Shown: piece after piece, positions 13,660-25,215 of the stretch
Layout: every line of letters starts with the position of its first letter
Numbering within the stretch: position 1 is the stretch's first letter
Assembly: GCA_036867785.1 (NCBI GenBank)
Contig: CP145417.1
Location: forward strand, 62,001-126,000
Direction of reading: 5' to 3'
Origin: Plasmodiophora brassicae
Taxonomy: Eukaryota
Length of the DNA: 64,000 nucleotides
Notes under the pieces: generated by a model
Databases searched by the model: none
What the model saw: only the letters and a program-made list of their open reading frames with translations
What the model was told of the DNA's origin: nothing
Made by a program: the position numbers and the translations under genes

Positions 13660-16600
13660 CTACATAGTGTGCACCCGCAGGTGTGATGACCAGGCTGCCC
13701 TGTTTGTCTGACGTCTTCTCGGCAACGGTTCTTTTATGGGAACAGCGTTTCTCGCAGCATCGCGTGTGTTGTCGTTAACGAACATTGGCGCCGTAGCATT
13801 GTCACCGGCCAGCAACCCTGGAATCAACCTGGGCGAAACGCCCGTATGTACCTTTGACGTCATGTGGACGTTGCGAAGCTTGCCCACCCGTCCATGTCGA
13901 TGTGATCAAACTCGGCAGTAGATTCGACCGTTGGTGATGACTCAGCCGTTTGCGACGACTCAGCAGTTGCAAAGGAGACGGTCGACAGCTGGATAGGGGC
14001 AGAACCTGTACCCAGCAGTCAGATTCGGACAGGCGCGAAGTACAGCATGGGACTGAAACCCTTCAGGAACCCTCGGACGATTTCATTGTCAATCGAGGAG
14101 AGCGCTTTTGTCAGCGTCTCACTGGACCGCACATGCAGAACTGAAAAACGACGATGTTATGGGCAGAACCCACACGAAGACACGAGAGCGTACGAAAGGT
14201 ATCGGCAATCGGAGGGTGCTCGAGAGCGGTTCCAATGGCATCGACGATAGCAGGAAGATCACTAGCCGAGGACGTCGCCATTGCAGTTAACGAGGCCAAG
14301 CAGGCTGCGACCAGCGATATCAGACGACTCTGACTTGATTGGCAACGAACAATGGGGACCTTCTCGATGAGAATGAAACCAGGAGAGCAGAACTCTGCGT
14401 TTCAAGCTGGCAGTGCTGTCGGGTAGTCGAGCGATGACCGAAATAGTGGGTAGGGACGGTGCAACGCCTCGCAGCAGGGATGCCAGTGCTTGCTGATGAG
14501 ATGGCCCGCAATCGGACCGGGTGGCGACGCGCTCGACAAGCAGGACAATATCGTCATCGGGCCAATGGTGAATTTGGGCGCTGAGTAGCATCCACGACAG
14601 AAGCTGCTCCGTCGACGTGAACGACGACGACATTGCCATATCGACCGCACGAGAAACCTGTCAACAAGTCAGGCGCAAGCGATTACGAAACGACGCGAAA
14701 AGGACCTTTTCGCCATCGTTCTTCACGAGAAGAACCGCACCTTGGCTGACATGATCTGCCAGTTCGACAATGTCGTGCGGAGGCGTCGATCGAACAAGAA
14801 GGCTGAACAGCGCAGGGTTCGACACGGCCAGAGACGGAAACAGCTCATAGCTTCGACGTACAAGGATGCTGCTTGCAGAGTTAAGAAATCATTCGCGACC
14901 TCACCGCCACCAAACGCACAACCTGGTATGGACTGGGCATGTGGCCCGGCACACAGCAATGTCGGCATCAATCGTTTGCTGAGCATTAGCCAAGGCAGCA
15001 CTGTACAGATCCGCCTGTTCGGGATGCCTCTCGACCCAGTCCAGCAGGTGAAATCCAAGCTGTGGCTCTGCGGTACGCATAAGAGCGAGCAGGGTCGGGC
15101 TGCCTCTGAGAGACAATGTCGGCCACAGGTTGGTGATCCTGGCGATGCGACACAGATCACCTTGTAGCGTCAAAGACCGCGGCCAACAAAATCGACGCAT
15201 GGAACTCGCCTTTACAGAACTCAGTCGATAACAGTTCCACGAAGGACGCGCAGATCTAGACGGGCAAACGCCATCTCTCTCAGCACGGGTGAAGCGCCGC
15301 ACAGCTCTGCAGGGTACCTGTTTCAGCGCGTCGTTATTTGATTCGGCCGTGGAACTGAACAGGAGTATGGCGTTGGCGGCATTGGTCGCCAACGGCACGG
15401 CAGACAGCTTCGACTGGCCAGCTCCATCGCCGTGAAGGCTGACAAAGAGAGTGGAAAACGGCTCCTTCAGCGAGACAGGGAGCCGCCGTAGCACGCGAGC
15501 AAGCAGAGACTGCGTCGGTTCTGTCGACGGCACGCGAGCCAACTTGGTCTGCACCCCATGCTTTCAGCCTACCGTGCTCCGTCTCGACAGCACGACACGA
15601 CATACGGGCGGTGATCCAGATAATGGCGGCGAGCTTGCTGCCCTTTTGAGATTGGGCGGTGCACCGCTTGTCGCTCCAAACGCTTGTGGAAACATCGAGG
15701 GCAGTGAAGCGCGCAGCTGAGGTGTCAGCTGTGACGCAGGTTATCGACCAATGGTATAGGTACTCGTAACGGAAACGAACCATCAGGGAAGACAGTGATG
15801 CGATCCCGGCGTTTGCGCTTCCTTGAACAAAAGCAGCATCAATGGACGACCGTATCTGAGAGCGCATAGCTATCGTTGAACGGTTAAAATGGTATCAAAG
15901 CGCGAGCGACACATGGGGCTCACACGAAGGGTTCCACTTCTGGGCGCAGTCCAGCAGTGTATCCAGCAGCACTTGTGCAATCTCCTGTGCATAGGCAACT
16001 GTCAGGGCAAAACCGATTCAGAATGGCGACCGCGTACAGTGTATCGGGTGGTGGAATTCATCATGAGCAGAAGGGCACACTCAATCCGCTGAACGCTGGT
16101 CTCGTTGTTGAAGAATAGCCAGTCGTAAAGGGCGGCCCGGCACAACTGGGGCGCAATCGGAGAGTGCATATGAGTCTGTTGCTAGGCTGTCAGAACGTCT
16201 GAAACTGCAAAGCAACAGGACGGGGGAAGACCTTTATGCACCATCCGAGTAGGACCCACGGGGGCACCGCCTTGCTGGCCGGACTCGACGCGGGTGGTCG
16301 CTGGACCGCACAGCAAAGGTACCGAATCAGGTCGAGGAGGAGGGTCTCAGATCCTTTAACGAACTTCATCGCAAACCAGGACACGTATCGCTGTTGCACG
16401 CCAAGAGGAACCTAACCGGACCTGAATAAGCCGAGTGGAACGACATTCTTCGAACGGGACACGTGTAAACCTGGTTCAGAATGAAGGAGATTTTCACCTC
16501 CATATCCGGTGTCAAACGCGACTGTAGCATGTCACTGCTCGTTTGTCGCTGATACACGGACACAGGCAGGGACTCGAATATCGCTTTCAGCGACGCATGC

Positions 16601-17430
16601 TGTGCAATAGATGGCTGCAGGACGCGAGCAACGTCGCGTCCGATAGCATGAAGCTCGCCAGGCGTCGCAGCAAGCAATCCGGAAAGGAACGGGACACATT
16701 CGGCCTGAAGCTTGGCATCAAGATCAGGAAGGACCCTGATGAACGTATATAGGAAGCGCTGTAAGACGGCCGTCCGCTGCTGCACGTAGCTGGGCGCCAG
16801 CGTCTCAGATCGCGACAACGTGTTGGACGAATGGCAGGCTCACCTTTGATTAGATTTGACGACGGCGAGAACGCTGGCGGCAACCGACACGTTCCTTGCC
16901 GATGAGCTCCCGCTGGCGATTTGCCCCAGCAGGGCAGTCAGGATGGGTTCGCATGCGTCAACATCCATCTTGAGCATGTCATCTACCAACCTGAACAGCT
17001 ACGAAGCCGCTGTTAGCGGCACGCAGGCATACAGCAGGTGTGCATGCGCAGGAAGTTACCCGTTTGGAGCAGTGCGGAACGAGGACCGGGAACTTCCTAT
17101 GGCACAGTTCCTGAAGGACGCCGCTGAATGCAGCATACCCATCGAGCGTGCAATTGACAAGGTGGCGGAAGACCTAGCCGACCGGCAGTTTGTCAACCAC
17201 GCAGGCGTACACCCTGGGGGGTCGATACGGGCTACCTTATCGGAGTTGTCCTTGTCGACAAGGACGCCGTACAGGAATCCGGGTGCGGCATCGGCGGCGG
17301 CCACGCCCTGCAGGGCCGCCTGCACCTCCAGGTCGTTCTTCTTCGCGAACGTCGCTGCCAGGCGCTCGTAGCTGTGCCGGGCCGCCTCCTCGAACGCGTC
17401 CGGCGCGTCGAGCTCCCGCCGGCGGAACAT
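13660..17430 (-). CDS. INTS3: Integrator complex subunit 3 (INTS3/SOSS-A)-like, multi-exon; 3' end uncertain
   Basis: FLYGVLVD; LQSRLTPDMEVKISFIL; DLIRYLCCAV...PWVLLGW; AALYDWLFFN...IECALLLM. These match conserved N-terminal INTS3 blocks. Confidence 0.75.
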
Positions 17431-17683
17431 GGGCTTGTTCAGCGGCGCGCGCCGGATCCCATTTGTGCCGGCGCCGCCGCCCCACTGTCCAAACCCGCAA
17501 CTGCACGCGGACACCGCCTTTTGCGACCGGTGCCACTGTCGTCGGGGAAGAAGCGCTGAGCACGATATTTACTATTCTGAACACACACACGCACACACAC
17601 ACAATACACAAACAGCGCCACTAAGCAGCAGACCCTGCACGATCCGGTTGGTCGGATAAATATTTAACAGGAGCCAGGTTCGA

Positions 17684-18640
17684 TCAGCTGGTGGCCGCGT
17701 CCGCCTGGTTGTTCGAGCAGCGATCGCGCAACGAGTCGAGCAGGCGGGCCTTGTGGGCGCCCCAGTCCTCGGACGACAGCATGAAGTTGTACATGTTTGG
17801 GAACCCTGCCAGACGAGAGAGAGAGAGAGAGAGCGTCAGCAGACATGTCGCACGTGTGTCCGAATGCCACGAGGCGCACCGGCACGGCCGACGCTGACCA
17901 GTTGCCAGTCGAACCGCTCGAAGAAGGCCCTGGGCGGTCGATGTTGCCGGTCAACGCCACACAATACGCGTTGGAGACGGAGCTGCTCGAAGCCGTACTC
18001 GAGCACGGCCAGGAACATGTCCTCGACGCCGCCGTCGTCCCACCAGTCACTCAGTGCGGTCACGTCCATCTCGCCTGAGCACGTCACCGCGTCCAGTCGG
18101 ACGAACCCTGCATGCATTCGGTCGGCATGGAACGGGCGGGGGCTGGATCGCCGACGTACCAATGGTGCCAACGAGCTCGTTGCCGCGCACGACAAAGAAC
18201 ATCAGACATTTGCATTCGGACTGCTGTGTGGACATGGTCCTCGTCCGGATGTGGATCTCGCGGGGCGTCAGCAGAGGCAGGCTGCGCAGGTGGACCAGCG
18301 ACGATTTCGGCCGGTGCAGCAATTCGTGCAGCTGCTGCAAATGGGCGGACGTGACCTCGGCCGTCGATACCATCGTGCATCCCAACGACGTCGTTAGCAG
18401 CAGACGCCGGGGGATGTCGAAATCGGCCGACGTGGCCGACTGGGCCTTGGGCGGCGACGACGCCTTCTGCGTCGGCGTGCCGCCCGCCGACGACAGGTAC
18501 CGACGGAACAGGAACGCCAGCAGCCACCGTCGCAGACGCCACAGGCAGGACGCGCCGACGCCGACGGCCACTAGCGACGTCAGCAGGCGGTGCCTGCGGA
18601 TGCACGACACGATGCGAGGCAAGACGACGTCGTCACGCAT
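17684..18640 (-). CDS. Putative GNAT (RimJ/RimL-like) acetyltransferase-fold protein with N-terminal hydrophobic segment
   Basis: LLTSLVAVGVGASCLW hydrophobic helix; LEYGFEQLRLQRVLCGVDRQHRPPRAFFERF resembles the RimJ/L C-terminal motif; two introns; last exon GFPNMYNF...AATS*. Confidence 0.5.
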
Positions 18641-18873
18641 TTCACGGGCGCCGCGTCACAAAACCCATCTGGACCCGGGGACGGGCCCGTCCATCCGCGC
18701 CCGAAGGAAGGTGAATCGCCAGGCGCAGGTGGCCGATCGTGTAACCCGCCTGATGTCCCATACGGGGATGTCGACGTGCTACGTGACCGAGTCGCTGCAC
18801 TTGTTTGTATTATATAGGCCCGGCGGAGGCGGCGGCGGCCAGGACCCCTGCGTGGTACAGACAGGGAACGCAT

Positions 18874-19222
18874 TCAGTGATCCCATGGATGGCGCAGGCC
18901 CTGACAGCGTCGCGTCAGTGGAGAGAATGCGCAGCGTTTCGACAGCAATACGCCCTAACCAGAACAACAGGCCCGTCATGCTTGGCGCGGTCTACACGCG
19001 AAAGTCAGATCGGGCGTTGGCCGCTCAGGACGGCGCCCACGGACAGAGGATCCAGAAGACGGCCGTGCCGCCCATCATTCTCGCCAGGTAGACCTTCCAG
19101 GGATCCGGCGGCGGGATGTGGATCCCGTACTCGGCGATCTCCTTCTGCCGCTGGCTCTCCGACACGTGCGACCCGAATCGACGTCCGGTGCGGAGCAGGC
19201 GGCGCGCGCGACAGCCCAACAT
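18874..19222 (-). CDS. NDUFB2: NADH dehydrogenase (complex I) subunit NDUFB2/AGGG-like
   Basis: Three exons splice to ...MGGTAVFWILYRAKHDGPVVLGLRHPWDH*, matching the plant-type AGGG signature FWILYRAKxDGPVVxGxRHPW. Confidence 0.85.
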
Positions 19223-19420
19223 CACGGGGAGCCCTGGACGGAGGATCGTGCGGCGGCCGCTTCCCGGGAACGAACAAAATCAAACAAACAGGCACGACGT
19301 CAAGTCGTTCCCGTTTTTCCCAGCGGGGGTCCCCATCAGCTCAGCAGGGCAAAAAAACGCCGAACGACTGGCCGCAAAAAGCCGCTCGCGCGCGACGGAG
19401 CGTCGTTGGCCACGCACCGC

Positions 19421-19734
19421 ATGCAGCCGCCGCCGCCGCCAGCACCCGCCCCGCCACGATCGGATACGTTCCGATGGGATTCCTGGGGCAGCATGGCGTT
19501 CGTCGCCATCCTGGCGATGGTGGGAGGCGCCGTCGTTGGCGCCCGGTACAGGAGCCGTGTTTTCGCGGTGTCTGACCTGGCCAGGTACGCAGCGTCGCTG
19601 GTCGTACGTAGTGCTGGCGGGTGGACGCAAGCATGACTCGCTTGCCTGTGCACAGGGCCACGGCCCCGCACACCGAAGCATTCGTCCGCGCGGCGAAATC
19701 GACGGATCCAAAGGTCCCATCGTCACGGTTGTGA
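19421..19734 (+). CDS. Small single-TM hypothetical protein, divergent from NDUFB2
   Basis: MQPPPPP...MAFVAILAMVGGAVVGARY; plausible GT-AG intron about 19585-19654; no recognised family. Confidence 0.4.
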
Positions 19735-20154
19735 GTTCCAGCGGGCCGACGGGTATAGCCTTGTAGTTATGACTAAAGTTGCAGCTCAGAGCAGCAGGTG
19801 TGGGATACGTCTTTAGGAATCATGGACAGGTAGGAACGTCTGCAGGAACGTCCAAATTGAACTCAGGGTAGGTAGCTGGCGGTGATCCTCGTGAAGTGAT
19901 GCCTGTTGGCCGTGCGGAATTACGGTGCAGAAACAACACTTCGAGGATCATTGCCACCTGTCTTCTCCAGCAGGCACAGGTCGATGACTAGCCGGTTGAT
20001 GTATACAAATCGGCGGCCACGATGACGGAATCTCTAGTCGTTAATTACAGCATGCAGCAGGGCGTAGCCTACAGGGAATTTCAGCGGAGACGCATTGGAT
20101 GATTCGACGAGCGTCACCTTGTCGCCTGCACTACATATTGTATGCAGCAGAACG

Positions 20155-21132
20155 ATGGACCGGTCCGCCCAGATGGATGTCCGTCAGGCGGCCACTCGGG
20201 CGCCGTTGCACGACCGACACAATATGGATGTCCCGGCATCGCGTCTCCACGACCGCAGGGAGATGCCGACGGGTACGACGGTTCTAGTAGCGGATCCCGT
20301 CTCACGGGACGAGTTTCGTAGGTGGATTCTGGAGGACGTACCGATCTGTGACACGTGCACTCGTCTTGCGAGGTCTCCGATGATTTTCATAGGCGGTCGG
20401 CTCTGTTTGTCGGTGGAGTCGGTCGCCCAAGCCCGCACCGTTGGGGTTTTCAAATCGTCGTTGAACGGGCAGCTGCAGGATCTCGCGGTACACTGGAGGG
20501 ACTGTCTCCTTGGCGGCGGTATGGGACTGATCTGCTGTTCCTGCATATCGTAACCTGGCGATTTGAGCATAAGGATCACCGCTGGAGCGGAGTGGGTCGG
20601 CGTCGAAGAGGACCAACGGCGTTCTAGTTGCCGGGGAGGTGCTCCGAGGTGAACGGTTTGGGCAACTGGTGTTCTGCCCAGTCGAGATATATTGAGATGG
20701 CACAGTCCCAACGCACGGGCGATGCGAACCAGACCTCAGCCCTTGACGCAGTCCTGCGCTATCACCGCGCAAGCGAGCAGGGCAAGGGTCTTGGTCTGTC
20801 GCTCAAAGACAAAGCGGACCTGCTACTGCAGGTGAAGGATGGTTAGCAAATGGTTAACTTTCCGGCTCTCCGGGGACGTCGAATCGCAAACGTTGGACGG
20901 TGGCGTTCTTCTTCGGTCGAGGAACGGTCCCGTTCGCCATGGCGACTGGCATCGCATCTCTAGCAGGATGAGCTCGGCTCCAAGTACCTCGCGTTCCCCG
21001 TTGCATTTTTCAGAAGCGCTGGAGAACAACGGTGGCGGCGACGTGTTCGTCGATCTGTATGACACGGTCTGGGGATGGTTGCGATCAGCAACGGGCTGGA
21101 AGCGTGAAGGGACATCAAGCGAGCGACGATGA
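20155..21132 (+). pseudogene. Degenerate ORF, possibly a PD-(D/E)XK/Uma2-like nuclease-fold gene
   Basis: Stops and frameshifts; PGDLSIRI and IEMAQSQ...SLKDKADLLL loosely resemble PD...EVAxSQ...SLxxKA. Family call weak. Confidence 0.3.
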
Positions 21133-21750
21133 GCGACAATGAGTAATGTTCGAATGCACTCTACGTACTGGGCACAGAATTGCTGGTTGATCATTCATAC
21201 AACCCGCAATTCTGTGTCCAGTACGTAGAGCGCATGCGAGCATTACTCATCGTCGAGTCGCTTGATGTCCCTTCACGCTTCCAGCACGTTGCTCGTAACC
21301 ATCCCCAGAACGTGTCATACAGGTCGACGAGCACGTCGCCGCCACCGTTGTTTTCCAGCGCTTCTGGCCAGAAGCGCTGCTATACCAGCTGGTATAGTGG
21401 CACCTGAGTAAAGAATTGCAACGGAAAACGCGAGGTACTTGGAGCCGGGTTCATCCTGCTAGAGATGCGATCAGAGTCGCCATGGGGAACGGGACCGTTT
21501 CTCGACCGAAGAAGAACGCCACCTTCCAACGTTTGCGATTCGACGTCCCCGGAGAGCAGGATAATTAACCATTTGCTAACCATCCTTCACCTGCAGTAGC
21601 AGGTCCGCTTTCTCTTTGAGCGACAGACCAAGACGCTTACCCTGCTTAAGGTTGCTTGCGTGGCGATTGCGCAGGACTGTGTCAAGGGTTGAGGTCTGGT
21701 TCTCATCACCCGTGCGTTGGGGATGTGCCACCTCAATGTCGCCTGGGCAG
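20674..21750. repeat. Large imperfect inverted repeat: arms 20674-21189 and 21200-21750, 10-nt spacer
   Basis: Arms are reverse complements, e.g. CAGAATTGCTGGTTG|ATCATTCATA|CAACCCGCAATTCTG at the centre. The ORF track shows mirrored peptides MVSKWL...GDVESQTL on both strands. Confidence 0.95.
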
Positions 21751-21754
21751 GGTG

Positions 21755-22122
21755 TCCTCCACCTGATTCGGTACCTTTGCTGTGCGGTCCAGCGACCACC
21801 CGCGTCGAGTCCGGCCAGCAAGGCGGTGCCCCCGTAGGTCCTACTCGGATGGTGCATAAAGGTCTTCCCGCGTCCTGTTGCTTTGCAGTTTCAGACGTTC
21901 TGACAGTCTGGCAACAGACTCGTATGCACTCTCCGATTGCCCCATAGTTGTCCCGGGCCGCCCTTTACGATTGGCTATTCTTCAACAATCAGACCACCGT
22001 TCATGTGGATTGAGTGTGCTCTTCTACTCATGATGAATTCCACCACCCGATATACTGTACGCGGTCGCTATTCTGAATCGGTTTTGCCCTGACAGTCGAC
22101 CATGCACAGGAGATTGCACAAG
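21755..22122 (+). pseudogene. Inverted, intron-retaining partial duplicate of INTS3 (source about 15972-16338)
   Basis: Near-identical to the reverse complement of the INTS3 segment including both introns; TGG changed to TAG at 21835-21837. Confidence 0.95.
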
Positions 22123-22603
22123 CTCGGCGTTTAGTCCCAGCGCAGCACAAGTGCAAAACGTTCCTCGCCGGGCAGACTCGCACCCTGTAGCGGCGCAGTG
22201 CGCGGCGGAGTCCGTGACGCCAATCCGTGGGCGGCATCCCAGACCATTGTGCAAGCAGCCGTTGCCGCAGGTCAGTCTTGGTGGTATGTTTCGTATCAGG
22301 TTGCACATGCCCTGTCGAATGCTCGCCAGTGTCGGCTGCTGCATCTGCAACGTTCGGCAATGATCTAGTTGAGTATTTGGACGGGCTCTATGGAGGTCTT
22401 CTCCATTCGTGCAAACATCAACAGTATTTTACACTGAGGGCCTCGAGTCAGCGGCGCTTCCGGCCTCTGGTCGCCCATTGGCCTGTACCCATGGAGCATA
22501 CCTGTGTTAGAGAGGCTGTGCATGCACTCCGTTTTTTCGTTCTGTTTAAACTGTAACGTACTGCACAACAGATGGACTGAAATGATTGCTTTGCATAGGC
22601 TCA

Positions 22604-22939
22604 ATGGGGAGGCCCCAGGCTCGAAAGGGCAATCCCGCCAAGAACAAGGCCTACAAAAAGGCGAAGCGCACGCGGCATCGTGCCAAAGATGTGGACCAGA
22701 TTCAAGACGAAATCAAGCTGCACTCTGTTGGCAAACTGACAACCGTGCTGGACCCGGACCTCCCGGCAATGGGCCAGATCGCCTGCCTGCCCTGCGCGCG
22801 ATACTTTGTTTCGGAAGCCGTTCTCCGAGAGCATTGCAGGGCCAAGGACCACAAGAAGCGATTGAAGACCGTCGCACAGCCACAGTACACCCAGGACGAA
22901 GCGGATCGGGCTGCCGGCATGGGTTCATTTCCCGTTTAA
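22604..22939 (+). CDS. BUD20: Zinc finger protein Bud20/ZNF593 (pre-60S export factor)
   Basis: RTRHRAKDVDQIQDE; DPDLPAMGQIACLPCARYF...HCRAKDHKKRLK...YTQDEADRAAG. Confidence 0.93.
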   Translation: MGRPQARKGNPAKNKAYKKAKRTRHRAKDVDQIQDEIKLHSVGKLTTVLDPDLPAMGQIACLPCARYFVSEAVLREHCRAKDHKKRLKTVAQPQYTQDEADRAAGMGSFPV

Positions 22940-22987
22940 GTTTCCCTATTGTATATAAAGTATTAACCAACAGCAGCACCGATGGAT

Positions 22988-24442
22988 CTATCGTTGCTGC
23001 TGCTCATACATTGCACGGAACCCGTCATCATTGTCAGGCAAGTGCCGTTGGATATCGTCGATGAACGCGAGGCGTTCGTCAATCTGGGCGCGGACGTGAC
23101 GATTCGCCAGCTTGGTCGTGGCAACCTGGAATGGGCGGCTTCCCGACCGAGCTACAACGTACGTTCGCACATGGTCGGACACCTCGGGAGGCGCCCGGTC
23201 GTCGTCCGAGATCGCCAGTGCCGTTTCCAGATCCCGTCCAGTCATGCGGCTGAACGCATTGACTCGACGGGCGTGGTTGTCATCGTCGTCCCCCGCACAG
23301 GTCGTCAGGACGTACCGAGGTATGTTACCGAACGCGTCGATGCGAGCGTCGATGCACTTCGGGTCGAGCAGGACCGACATGCCCCCGGATGAGCACTCGC
23401 GAACGACGTGCGCCATGGCGTGCAACTGTGGCGCCGGTGGGCACGGCATGTAGAACGTCGTCGGCCGCGCTCGTCGACAGAATTCCAATCGCGCCGACTG
23501 TACCGGCACCTTCGTGATGGAGCGCGCCCTGCTAAAGACGGGCGCGTTCCTTGCCAGGTACGCGTACTGTTCGAACAGGACGAGGACACCGGGCCGATCC
23601 AGCACGCTCATCGGCAGGCTGTTGGGGTCGCGCGCGTGGAACTTGATCACGGCGCCCGTCGTCAGGGAGTACAGGTTGACGTGCACGCCGATTTGCGGCA
23701 GGTCAGCAATACGGGCGACCGTATCGAACGACGACGGCCATTGCGGTCGGATCAGGGACGCGCCGGCGCCGGACGAGTCCGCCCAGGTGCCCAGGAGCCT
23801 GTCCCGGGCGATCAGGCAGACCAGCAGCGCACACAGGTTAATGGATCGGCCGACGCCGGCGTTGCCGTGGAGCAGGACGCGCGGGTTCGGGGACGACAGC
23901 ATTTCGGCGTTCAGGTGGTAGTGGTCCTCGCTGACGAACAGGACGTTCGGGCACAGCACGGGTGCAATCCCTGGCACGGGAACGGGCAGCCGAATGCAGT
24001 CGAGGTAGGCCGGGCACGTCTTCGCGAACGCCGCATCAGCAGGCCTGTCGTCGTTGTCACCTGTGCAACGCACACCGGTCAGGGACGCAGGCAGGCGACG
24101 ACGACGCCGACTGGGCGGGATGTCACCAGGCTGTAACGGGTACCGGTATACGACCATCGCGTCTGGTCGGGCGTCCTTCAACCGTGCGACCGAGTCGGCC
24201 ACGACCAGGTCCGCCTGGCGTATGGCCTGGACCCAGTCCTGTTCCTCGCGATTCGGCTGCGGATCGTAGCCAGCCAGGGCGTCGTACAGGGCGGCGTCAT
24301 CGGCGCCGACGCCCGCGGGCAACGCGCTCAGCGGCTCGGCCGACGACGCTGGCCGGCGCTGCACCATCGGCGTCGGCGCGCGACCAGCACAGACGACCGC
24401 ACGATCGAGTCGCACGCACGGGCGCAGCCGTCGCACCCACAT
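22988..24442 (-). CDS. Crinkler/RHS-like P-loop NTPase-domain protein, intronless; start uncertain (24442 or 24368)
   Basis: RVLLHGNAGVGRS (Walker A-like, K replaced by R); FYMPCPPAPQL; RIDAFGNIPRYVL. These resemble CRN/RHS NTPase motifs. Confidence 0.55.
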   Translation of the reverse strand: MWVRRLRPCVRLDRAVVCAGRAPTPMVQRRPASSAEPLSALPAGVGADDAALYDALAGYDPQPNREEQDWVQAIRQADLVVADSVARLKDARPDAMVVYRYPLQPGDIPPSRRRRRLPASLTGVRCTGDNDDRPADAAFAKTCPAYLDCIRLPVPVPGIAPVLCPNVLFVSEDHYHLNAEMLSSPNPRVLLHGNAGVGRSINLCALLVCLIARDRLLGTWADSSGAGASLIRPQWPSSFDTVARIADLPQIGVHVNLYSLTTGAVIKFHARDPNSLPMSVLDRPGVLVLFEQYAYLARNAPVFSRARSITKVPVQSARLEFCRRARPTTFYMPCPPAPQLHAMAHVVRECSSGGMSVLLDPKCIDARIDAFGNIPRYVLTTCAGDDDDNHARRVNAFSRMTGRDLETALAISDDDRAPPEVSDHVRTYVVARSGSRPFQVATTKLANRHVRAQIDERLAFIDDIQRHLPDNDDGFRAMYEQQQR

Positions 24443-24959
24443 CGATCGGCACTCGTCAACCTCGCTGCGGTGCGCCGGCGCGTTCTCGGCAATCCCGCGG
24501 CTGGGCGCGCGACGTGCTGGCGTGGCTGGCAGCCAGGTCCGTTGCAGGGCATTGACGATGTCAGACGGCCCGTCTGGCAATGGTGAAGTTACGCGTCACC
24601 AGCATCCGACCTAGATGGTCGTTCTTCGCAGCGAACCTGCCGACCATGAGCAGCCGTCGGCGACCAGGAATGCCCTGGCGCGCGTAGCCGATCACCGCGA
24701 CGTTCGCAGTCACCGGCGCCAGGGGCATCCTCTTTGCTGACACGTGCGTCATTGTTGTCCTCTCAGTAAACAGCGCAGCGTCTGGACCACGTTCGATCGC
24801 GGCGCCCATCAGCCCGCGGCGACGAGACTTTCCGCGTCGTGCCACTTGTGATCGACCAGCTCGATACTTGAACGGCGCTCTACGAGTGCCTGTAGCCGAC
24901 CCTCCCCGACCATGCTAGTACACAATGGGACTCTGCATAGATTTATAGCGACCGATGAG

Positions 24960-25215
24960 TGTCGCCAAGACGGCTTGGGCGTATGCGACGTTATGGATAC
25001 AGAACCGCGCCCTGTTCAATGCCCTTGGCGACCGATGCCGACGTCCTGCGAGTAGAATTCTGACATGGTTCGCCGGAGCACGAATGCCGAGGGCATTGAA
25101 CAGAGCGCGGTTCTTGATTCGTCGTCTGTCGAGCGCCTGCAAAGGCATGGCCGCATGTCTGACCGCGTTGCGCCCGACACTGTAGCGTTCACGACCAACG
25201 CGTTCTTGTGCAGCA
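24960..25215. pseudogene. Remnant of an HPR/RAP-repeat gene, two fragments in opposite orientation
   Basis: Plus: VAKTAWAYATLWIQNRALFNALGDR. Minus: QERVG...AMPLQALDRRRIKNRALFNALG. Both are homologous to 30250-30470. Confidence 0.85.

Noticed and set aside
17816-17833. (GA)n and (CA)n dinucleotide runs (also about 9444 and 17581)
   Set aside because: Short ordinary microsatellites in introns or intergenic DNA.
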